From contig OX597821.1 in assembly GCA_951406725.2 (NCBI GenBank), forward strand, positions 21,266,001 to 21,330,000: a DNA stretch of 64,000 nt, read 5' to 3'. Of the stretch, positions 54,577-64,000 are shown piece by piece. The notes under the pieces were generated by a model. It searched no databases. It saw nothing but the letters and a program-made list of their open reading frames with translations, and was not told where the DNA came from. Made by a program: the position numbers and the translations under genes. The stretch is from Octopus vulgaris. Its lineage: Eukaryota. How positions within the stretch are numbered: the stretch's first letter is position 1; every line of letters starts with the position of its first letter.

Positions 54577-56315
54577 TAATAATAATAAAAAAATACTAAA
54601 AATAGATACAGTTAAGTTAGCACCAAGTCCATCCTTTCAAGATCGAAATAACTATGAATTAAGAAATGCTGACCACTAGGTAAAGAAAATTTGGATTAAT
54701 TCGATTGGCTATTGGTTTGAAATTTAAATCACAAAAGAAAATTATACGGTTGGTTAGTCAAGGAACGCCAATATTCACACACGCATCTACAGATCAATCG
54801 CACATACACACATAGTTATATGTATATACATACACTTATACACATACAAAATTACAAGCAACAACTAGCACTTAGATAAACAAAAAAAGGGAAGCAACTA
54901 TGCTAACATCTAGTCCTTCAAAATTATAACTGAGCCTTAATAACAAAAAAAGAACCATCCATGCATTCTATAAAATATTTAATTTAGATATAAATATATT
55001 TTTAAATATCAGTATGTTACTAATTTAGATAATTATTTCATGGGTAACTTAAAATTTATAACACCGGTTTGTTACAGAGTAAACATACGGTTGTTAGGTT
55101 TATCGTAAGTTTGTTATGATTTTAAGTACGCTAAATTATAAAATATAAAATATAAAATATATATTAATTTAAATATTATAAATAAGTCACTTATTAACTT
55201 AATAAATATAGTGCCATAATATACCAGTTTAGGCATTAAAGAATAGAAGGGGAAGTATTAATGTAAACGCTTATGAGAACATCACAGAAATTTTAAATAA
55301 ATTTTATATTATAAAGACTTAAGATGAAAAGAGATAAAATAAATAAAAAGGAATAAATACGAAGGAATAAATACGGTTATACACATAATTATAAGTACAA
55401 ACTAGTATATATGTATTCATATATTATTAAAATTAAATACAAATAAATGATAGATATGTATGTATAAAACTACACCAGTATAAGTAAATAAGTAAAAAAT
55501 AAATAGGTAACAAAATAGATGACTTGATATGTATGTAAACATCTACACTTAAATAGGCAAATAAATAAATGAATAGAAGACTAGATGCAAAGATTGATAA
55601 TATTACAATAAAATGGGAAATAAATAAAAATAAATAAAGTGAATATATATATTTTATATTGTTGAAAGTAAATATGTATGGAAGGATAGTTTAAAGTACA
55701 GATCCAGAGGACTATAGATATAAACTAAATATATGAGGCTGGTAATAATTATAAAGCAAAATGCATGTAAATGAGAAAATGAAAAAAAGAAAAATAAAAA
55801 AGGTTTATCAGTGAATAGCATAAGATACAAATTAAGGTGAGTACAAAAAGACCAAATATATAATAAAAACCTTCCAAATAAACACATACAAAAAACCTAT
55901 AATCTCAACCTAAACCCACCAAACTCACAAAAGGCTCTCATATATTACATATTATACAATATCATTACATTATCTAGAGCTAGGTATCTAACCAAGATAT
56001 ACATATATACTATGCAATATACTATGCAATATTGGAAAACTTCAAAAATCACACATTACAAGGCAAATACCAAAATGAATATGTTATTTTATGTCATATT
56101 GCATTTCTCTTAAAAAAAAACAAACAAAAACCCACATACAAAAATCAAGAAACCAATAATACTAGACACATCCATTAATTATTATACAAGTGTAGCTATA
56201 AAAATTATAAAATTATGAAATTTATAAATTGTATACTTTAGAATTATAGAGGACCACAGGTATATTTAGTTAAAGAAGGGAATTAAAAAATTAATAATAG
56301 TGGAAGTGCTAAGTT

Positions 56316-57064
56316 CTATTTGAATCTAGAAAAGGTGAACGGTAGCCTATGAATACAAAAGAAGTTTTTCTCATTAATGTTGTTAATAATTTGCCGACCC
56401 GCTTTAATAATGAAGAAAATTTCATTAATACATAGAGAGCATTTTTTATTTTTTCCATTATACACAGGTGCTGAAGTTAGTATTTTCCAGTTTAATCTAA
56501 AATCTAAGTTCTTACTTTTAAGTTCCCAAATGTATGCACTTAGCCCTGTAGAGTACATTCTATTTTTATTCCTAAAAGTATATCTGTGATAATTCCATCT
56601 TTGTTTTATGCTATTCATAGTTGCACCGATATACACCCTACTACTCAATTGTGTATCTACAGTGCATTGGTAAACTACCTCCTTCCTGAGGCATTGATTA
56701 CCAAATACACATTTATTTTTATTTCTGAAATTACAAAGATTAACAGAATGAGGAAATCTAAGATTGGACACCACCCCTATACTACTATTCACATTATAAG
56801 TGTTACAATTGTTATCATCATCCAAACCCAAAATCAACGAATGAGTTAATTTCACATTATCGGCTATATTTCCATCACTAGTACTAGTATTGGTAGTAGT
56901 AGTATGATCTATTACATTTATATTATCTCTGACAGGTATGGTGCACTCATTATTAGTACGGAGGTTGTTCCCATTTGTTCCAAGAAAATTTCTATTCCTA
57001 TTATTAATGAAGAGGGGCAAGTTATCCTGGTCTAAATTCAATTTTCTATCCTTATAGAAGTGAT
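56316..57064 (-). pseudogene. Inverted duplicate of the linker + GIY-YIG domain of the same element (5'-truncated)
   Basis: ORF 56316..57041 is nearly identical to the C-terminal quarter of the forward ORF. It keeps the canonical end KKCSLCINE..IINNINEKNFFCIH but reads CNF instead of CNC. Confidence 0.9.
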
Positions 57065-57077
57065 TTAATTTAATTCT

Positions 57078-57181
57078 CTGAAGAGGCCGTGGGGCATCCT
57101 TGTTAATGCCTCATTTATACCTGCCTTTATGGCTTATAGGTTAAATGAGGTATGACTGTCCTCACTGCCGAAACAGCTGTC
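57078..57181 (+). ncRNA. Type I hammerhead ribozyme motif in the 5' pLTR (long stem II, minimal palindromic stem III)
   Basis: CTGAAGA (57078-84), then GGC...GCC closing stem II, GAAA (57170-73), C-AGCT-G and a GTC triplet ending at 57181. Hammerheads in PLE pLTRs are established. Stem I pairing is weak. Confidence 0.72.
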
Positions 57182-57699
57182 AGTTTTGATTTATTTGCAT
57201 ATTATATTTGAAATTTTTTACTTATATCTCTTTATCTTTTTACTTTTACTATTACTGTATATCTCATTTCATTTTATATATTGCCTTTACTCATATGTAA
57301 TGGTGTATTAAAGTATGGATTGAGTATCATCGGATAGTTGATGTTTTACTGATTTAAGTATGTTTCTCCATTCTCTAATTTTGTAGTATTAATTTACGGT
57401 AATATTATTACCTTTACCCATTTAATACAATAGATGAACTGATTGCTTGACAATTTTTAACATCTATGTATTATTTTTGTTGGGTACCTATCTAGCAGTA
57501 TATTGGATATATATTATCCCATGGTGGGTTGAATTTTCAACCCCTATCTCATTTTATAACCTAAATTTATCTTTTGAGGAACCTGAATTGCTCATACTGG
57601 TGTAATATAAGCATCCATTTATTGATTTAAATATTAATAGTGCATGTGAATACACCCTAGTGTAGTATATTTGTTCCTTTGATCATTACTGCTAGAAGA

Positions 57700-60549
57700 A
57701 TGGAGAAAATACTGATCAATTCATCAATGAAGGATGTACCTATCCCTACCAAAGACCATTACACTAAAGAACTAATTTATAGAATGAATGAATTCATCCA
57801 TAGGATCAGATGGAGGATTTTCCACCATGAGAACTATAATAATAAAATAAACCAACAACACACTGGGGAAACGATCCGTAATGGAATTGGAAGCACCTAT
57901 GAAGAAATATTAAAACTAACAGGCACTACATTTAAATCTAGAAAGTCTCCTCCACCAAATATACATCTAGACAATTTTGAACAAGAACTATGGGAGACTG
58001 TAAAAAACATAAAATTTAGAAATCATCCTTTAAGATATAACCCGCACCAAAGAGAATTGAAAGACTTAATTAGAACTCTCAAAGGTAAGAGCGGCATTCT
58101 AACACATTCTGACAAAACCAACAACATCTACAACATGGACATTACTGCATATCATGATCTTCTACACAAGGAAATAACCAAGAAATACAAAGTAGTACCT
58201 TCTAGTACACTTAGAAAACTGAACATGGAGATCAGAGAAATCATATTTGACTACTACCTAGAAGAAAAAACGGAACCCTACACCCCATCCAGACCGAGAA
58301 TTACACTAAAGGATCATAAAGAGAATTTTCTTGGAAACACACAGGTCAGATTAATTTGCCCCACTAAATCTGACTTAGGCAGACTAAGTAAACTCATTCT
58401 AGATAAATATCTACCCACCATCCGCAATAAAATCAAACTAAACCTTTGGAAGAATACTCAGGGTGCTTTGGATTGGTTTTCTACCATTAAGGTCTGTGAC
58501 AGTAACAACTTTAGCTATAATAGAAATAAATTTATACAATTCGATATACAGAATTATTACACTTCAATTAACCCTATTATATTAAATAAGTCCTTAATTT
58601 TTGCTAGAAAACACACTAAATTAAGTATGGGGGAGATTAAGGTTATACTAACAGCCAGGAAAACTTTAATAGAGTTTGATAATAAACTTTGGGCTAGAAA
58701 GGACACACCCAACTTGTTCGATATCACAATGGGATCGCCGGACTCAGCGGAGGTGACTGATCTAGTTGGGATGTATCTATTAGATAACTTTAGTAGGGAA
58801 TTCCCTGAATTAAAAGGTGGATTATACAGGGATGACGCCTTATTTTGTGTTAGGAATACATCTAATAGGAGATTAGATCTTCTGAAAAAAAGAATAAATA
58901 AATTTTTTAAAAGCTTCGGCCTATCCATTATCATTGAAAGTGAAAATTATTCTGCTAATTATTTAGATGTTAATTGTAACATTACTAATGGTTTACATGA
59001 ACCCTATATTAAACCTAATTCTAACCTAATATACATTAACCATTCTAGTAATCACCCCCCCCAAATTAAAAATGCACTAGTGCGTAGCATTAGTCAGAGA
59101 ATTTCTAGTTTATCCTCAAACGGAGAAATTTTTAACAAACACTGTGATAGATACAATGCAGCATTACTTAAGGCAGGATATAAAAGTAAGATTTGGTTTA
59201 TACCTAAGGGGAACCCCCCTAATGGAGGTAGAACTATCAGGAACAACACAAATAGATTTAGGATAATCAACAATATACATAAGAATAGTAAAAATAGAAT
59301 ATATGATAACACCTATAATAAATGTAGAAGTGACGTTAACCTTGGAAAGGTGAACGGTAGCTCAAATAGATCTAAGCATACGGGTAATAGTAGTAATATT
59401 AATAATAATATACGAATTAAAACTTATGGTAGACATGATAATGGTAAAGTTTACTTGCGCAATAACCATGGTAATATTGATATAGATAGATATAATAATA
59501 ACAGTGGTAAGAATAGTAATCCTATGAGTTGGTCTACGAATAGGATTTTCACAAATAACATTAATTCTATAGGCAATCCTAATTCTGATAAGGATACTCT
59601 TTGGTTGATTATCCCGTATGCAATGCAGATTAAAACAAACATAGTGAGAGCTTTGCATAATGTTATTTTTAGGCATTTTGGTAAGGATAGGAATAAATTT
59701 AGTCCTTTAATTAACAACGGTACTGTTAGAGTGGGATATAGCATTACTCATAATCTAGCCACCATTATCTCCTCTTTTAATAACAAGAAACTGGATCACT
59801 TCTATAAGGATAGAAAATTGAATTTAGACCAGGATAACTTGCCCCTCTTCATTAATAATAGGAATAGAAATTTTCTTGGAACAAATGGGAACAACCTCCG
59901 TACTAATAATGAGTGCACCATACCCGTCAGAGATAATATAAATGTAATAGATCATACTACTACTACCAATACTAGTACTAGTGATGGAAATATAGCCGAT
60001 AATGTGAAATTAACTCATTCGTTGATTTTGGGTTTGGATGATGATAACAATTGTAACACTTATAATGTGAATAGTAGTATAGGGGTGGTGTCCAATCTTA
60101 GATTTCCTCATTCTGTTAATCTTTGTAATTGCAGAAATAAAAATAAATGTGTATTTGGTAATCAATGCCTCAGGAAGGAGGTAGTTTACCAATGCACTGT
60201 AGATACACAATTGAGTAGTAGGGTGTATATCGGTGCAACTATGAATAGCATAAAACAAAGATGGAATTATCACAGATATACTTTTAGGAATAAAAATAGA
60301 ATGTACTCTACAGGGCTAAGTGCATACATTTGGGAACTTAAAAGTAAGAACTTAGATTTTAGATTAAACTGGAAAATACTAACTTCAGCACCTGTGTATA
60401 ATGGAAAAAATAAAAATGCTCTCTATGTATTAATGAAATTTTCTTCATTATTAAAGCGGGTCGGCAAATTATTAACAACATTAATGAGAAAAACTTCTTT
60501 TGTATTCATAGGCTACCGTTCACCTTTTCTAGATTCAAATAGAACTTAG
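57700..60549 (+). CDS. Penelope-like reverse transcriptase + C-terminal GIY-YIG endonuclease (Naiad-type); 1-nt deletion at the A-run 60412-60416 alters the last ~40 aa
   Basis: RT motifs: SDKT, TLKDHKENF..RLICPTKS, FIQFDIQNYYTSI, FDITMGSPDSAEV, GLYRDD, YLDV, SNHPP. Endonuclease motifs: CNCR..C..GNQCL..VVYQC..VYIGAT..K.R..H..TF..LS.YIW.LK. The first ATG is at 57700, in frame with ORF 57679..60549. Restoring one A, as in the inverted copy, gives a stop at 60540-60542 and ~947 aa. Confidence 0.92.
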   Translation: MEKILINSSMKDVPIPTKDHYTKELIYRMNEFIHRIRWRIFHHENYNNKINQQHTGETIRNGIGSTYEEILKLTGTTFKSRKSPPPNIHLDNFEQELWETVKNIKFRNHPLRYNPHQRELKDLIRTLKGKSGILTHSDKTNNIYNMDITAYHDLLHKEITKKYKVVPSSTLRKLNMEIREIIFDYYLEEKTEPYTPSRPRITLKDHKENFLGNTQVRLICPTKSDLGRLSKLILDKYLPTIRNKIKLNLWKNTQGALDWFSTIKVCDSNNFSYNRNKFIQFDIQNYYTSINPIILNKSLIFARKHTKLSMGEIKVILTARKTLIEFDNKLWARKDTPNLFDITMGSPDSAEVTDLVGMYLLDNFSREFPELKGGLYRDDALFCVRNTSNRRLDLLKKRINKFFKSFGLSIIIESENYSANYLDVNCNITNGLHEPYIKPNSNLIYINHSSNHPPQIKNALVRSISQRISSLSSNGEIFNKHCDRYNAALLKAGYKSKIWFIPKGNPPNGGRTIRNNTNRFRIINNIHKNSKNRIYDNTYNKCRSDVNLGKVNGSSNRSKHTGNSSNINNNIRIKTYGRHDNGKVYLRNNHGNIDIDRYNNNSGKNSNPMSWSTNRIFTNNINSIGNPNSDKDTLWLIIPYAMQIKTNIVRALHNVIFRHFGKDRNKFSPLINNGTVRVGYSITHNLATIISSFNNKKLDHFYKDRKLNLDQDNLPLFINNRNRNFLGTNGNNLRTNNECTIPVRDNINVIDHTTTTNTSTSDGNIADNVKLTHSLILGLDDDNNCNTYNVNSSIGVVSNLRFPHSVNLCNCRNKNKCVFGNQCLRKEVVYQCTVDTQLSSRVYIGATMNSIKQRWNYHRYTFRNKNRMYSTGLSAYIWELKSKNLDFRLNWKILTSAPVYNGKNKNALYVLMKFSSLLKRVGKLLTTLMRKTSFVFIGYRSPFLDSNRT

Positions 60550-62293
60550 CACTTCCACTATTATTAATTTTTTAATTCCCTTCTTTAACTAAATATACCT
60601 GTGGTCCTCTATAATTCTAAAGTATACAATTTATAAATTTCATAATTTTATAATTTTTATAGCTACATTTGTATAATAATTAATGGATGTGTCTAGTATT
60701 ATTGGTTTCTTGATTTTTGTATGTGGGTTTTTGTTTGTTTTTTTTTTTAAGAGAAATGCAATATGACATAAAATAGCATATTCATTTTGGTATTTGCCTT
60801 GTAATGTGTGATTTTTGAAGTTTTCCAATATTGCATAGTATATTGCATAGTATATATGTATATCTTGGTTAGATACCTAGCTCTAGATAATGTAATGATA
60901 TTGTATAATATGTAATATATGAGAGCCTTTTGTGAGTTTGGTGGGTTTAGGTTGAGATTATAGGTTTTTTGTATGTGTTTATTTGGAAGGTTTTTATTAT
61001 ATATTTGGTCTTTTTGTACTCACCTTAATTTGTATCTTATGCTATTCACTGATAAACCTTTTTCATTTTTCTTTTTTTCATTTTCTCATTTACATGCATT
61101 TTGCTTTATAATTATTACCAGCCTCATATATTTAGTTTATATCTATAGTCCTCTGGATCTGTACTTTAAACTATCCTTCCATACATATTTACTTTCAACA
61201 ATATAAAATATATATAAAATATATATATTCACTTTATTTATTTTTATTTATTTCCCATTTTATTGTAATATTATCAATCTTTGCATCTAGTCTTCTATTC
61301 ATTTATTTATTTGCCTATTTAAGTGTAGATGTTTACATACATATCAAGTCATCTAATTTGTTACCTATTTATTTTTTACTTATTTACTTATACTGGTGTA
61401 GTTTTATACATACATATCTATCATTTATTTGTATTTAATTTTAATAATATATGAATACATATATACTAGTTTGTACTTATAATTATGTGTATAACCGTAT
61501 TTATTCCTTCGTATTTATTCCTTTTTATTTATTTTATCTCTTTTCATCTTAAGTCTTTATAATATAAAATTTATTTAAAATTTCTGTGATGTTCTCATAA
61601 GCGTTTACATTAATACTTCCCCTTCTATTCTTTAATGCCTAAACTGGTATATTATGGCACTATATTTATTAAGTTAATAAGTGACTTATTTATAATATTT
61701 AAATTAATATATATTTTATATTTTATATTTTATAATTTAGCGTACTTAAAATCATAACAAACTTACGATAAACCTAACAACCGTATGTTTACTCTGTAAC
61801 AAACCGGTGTTATAAATTTTAAGTTACCCATGAAATAATTATCTAAATTAGTAACATACTGATATTTAAAAATATATTTATATCTAAATTAAATATTTTA
61901 TAGAATGCATGGATGGTTCTTTTTTTGTTATTAAGGCTCAGTTATAATTTTGAAGGACTAAATGTTAGCATAGTTGCTTCCCTTTTTTGTTTATCTAAGT
62001 GCTAGTTGTTGCTTGTAATTTTGTATGTGTATAAGTGTATGTATATACATATAACTATGTGTGTATGTGCGATTGATCTGTAGATGCGTGTGTGAATATT
62101 GGCGTTCCTTGACTAACCAACCGTATAATTTTCTTTTGTGATTTAAATTTCAAACCAATAGCCAATCGAATTAATCTAAATTTTCTTTACCTAGTGGTCA
62201 GCATTTCTTAATTCATAGTTATTTCGATCTTGAAAGGATGGACTTGGTGCTAACTTAACTGTATCTATTTTTAGTATTTTTTTATTATTATTA

Positions 62294-62340
<47 letters not shown>

Positions 62341-62681
62341 AGTAATTTTTATTAACTTTTATAGCTTTAGAATTTTATGAACTGTACCACGGATTTAATT
62401 ATTATTTTTTTCATCTCCATATGTGTTAGCCTTTTTTTTATAAAAAAAAATTATTAAAATATGTATAATATCGGTACTTATTAATATTAATATATACACT
62501 GTTATATATTTTGTTTTATATTGTTCTGTTTACCTTCCTTTTTGTACAAATGTGTATTATATTATATAAGTGTAGCATTATGATATATAAGTTTTTATAT
62601 TTTACATTTTTATATTTTTATATTTATATGTATATGATTATATAATATTTTTCACTATTATAACAAATTTAATTTAATTCT

Positions 62682-62785
62682 CTGAAGAGGCCGTGGGGCA
62701 TCCTTGTTAATGCCTCATTTATACCTGCCTTTATGGCTTATAGGTTAAATGAGGTATGACTGTCCTCACTGCCGAAACAGCTGTC
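62682..62785 (+). ncRNA. Hammerhead ribozyme motif, 3' pLTR copy
   Basis: Same sequence as 57078-57181. Confidence 0.72.
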
Positions 62786-63163
62786 AGTTTTGATTTATTT
62801 GCATATTATATTTGAAATTTTTTACTTATATCTCTTTATCTTTTTACTTTTACTATTACTGTATATCTCATTTCATTTTATATATTGCCTTTACTCATAT
62901 GTAATGGTGTATTAAAGTATGGATTGAGTATCATCGGATAGTTGATGTTTTACTGATTTAAGTATGTTTCTCCATTCTCTAATTTTGTAGTATTAATTTA
63001 CGGTAATATTATTACCTTTACCCATTTAATACAATAGATGAACTGATTGCTTGACAATTTTTAACATCTATGTATTATTTTTGTTGGGTACCTATCTAGC
63101 AGTATATTGGATATATATTATCCCATGGTGGGTTGAATTTTCAACCCCTATCTCATTTTATAA

Positions 63164-63212
<49 letters not shown>

Positions 63213-63251
63213 ATGGATGGATGGATGGATAGATGGATAGATAGATAGATA

Positions 63252-64000
63252 CGAGGGACGTTCAATAAGTAATGCCTCTGACCCACTTGTAGTTGTTTGT
63301 AGTTGCATGTGCAATTATTTATATCTCAACAGATTAGGTGGCAAATTACAGCTCTGAACTAATTGTGGTTTCTGATTTACAGGTGTTTGAACTGAGTCAA
63401 GTGTGAAATGGAGCCTGTTGAGTGTCGAGCAGTGATCCGGTTTTTGTATTTGAAAGGACGCACACCACAGGAGACTTTTGATGAAATGAAAGTAACTGAT
63501 GGTGATGATGCTCCATCATATGACCTTGTAAAATGCTGGCATCGTGAATTCAAACATGGTCGGAACTCTGTGGAAACAGCTCCCAGATCTGGTCGCCCCC
63601 CTTCTGCCATTGATGAGGCATCTGTCCGTCATGTTGAGGCTGCCATTTTGGAAGATCGACGCATAACTATTCGCCAAACAGCCCATGAGGTTACGATTAG
63701 TACCGGATCTGTGGAAACTATCATTCATGACCATTTGCATATGCAAAAGGTGTCGGCCAGATGGATGCCCAGGTTGCTCACACCTTTCCAGAAGCAAGAA
63801 CGCGTCGAGTGCTCGAGGATGAATTTGGAGATGTGCCAAGAAAATGAGTCAAAACTTTTCAAAAGAGTGATTACACGGGATGAAACCTGGGCCCATCACT
63901 ATGATCCAGAGACCGAAGCCCAGTCAATGCAGTGGAAGCACCGTGACTCACCTCTTCCAAAGAAGGCAAGGGTGTAACCCTCCGCTGGCAAGGTCATGCT
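63252..64000 (+). mobile_element. Mariner transposon (runs off the window end)
   Basis: Left TIR TA|CGAGGGACGTTCAATAAGTAAT followed by a transposase ORF. Confidence 0.88.
63408..63977 (+). pseudogene. Mariner transposase, N-terminal half with a premature stop
   Basis: RAVIRFL..G, RSGRP, DRRITIR, VSARWMPRLL and ITRDETWAHHYDPE..SMQW. The frame continues past the TAA as PSAGKVM. Confidence 0.87.

Larger units (their letters stand above)
53874..63167 (+). mobile_element. Penelope-like retroelement (Naiad-type), near-intact: inverted 3' copy + pLTR-ORF-pLTR, inserted in a (TA)n tract
   Basis: 53874-57064 is the reverse complement of 59795-62988. Direct repeats lie at 57063-57563 and 62667-63167, enclosing an RT+GIY-YIG ORF. 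(TA)n lies on both sides (53834-53873, 63167-63209). Partial-tandem plus inverted copies are the established insertion pattern of Penelope-like elements. Confidence 0.93.

Noticed and set aside
58557-60273. Antisense ORFs within the PLE
   Set aside because: Shadow frames of the RT/EN ORF with no recognisable motifs.
57700-60549. Selenocysteine recoding as described for some Naiads
   Set aside because: No in-frame TGA in the ORF.

Overview
This is eukaryotic, repeat-saturated DNA with no long host CDS. It looks like a large intron or intergenic region. The dense (TA)n/(TG)n/(TAGA)n/(TATG)n/(AAT)n microsatellites and the tRNA-derived SINE families suggest an octopod cephalopod, which is an inference. 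Almost all ORF-track entries are microsatellite artefacts. Real coding content is transposon-derived. The largest is a young ~9.3 kb Penelope-like retroelement (Naiad-type RT + C-terminal GIY-YIG) inserted in (TA)n, with a 3.2 kb inverted duplicate, ~500 bp terminal direct repeats and three hammerhead-ribozyme motifs with an unusually long stem II. The window also holds a decayed second Penelope-like element with a minimal hammerhead, a full-length frameshifted Tc1, several mariner and pogo/Tigger relics, a Helentron-type HINE, LINE relics and about 20 SINE copies. Two observations stand out. First, a candidate 24-nt frame-preserving microexon (39910-39933) lies in the loop of a ~200-nt G.U-biased intronic hairpin. 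Second, miniature (TA)n-embedded palindromic inserts repeat the architecture of the large Penelope-like element, including a TATTAAT motif where the inverted arm ends.
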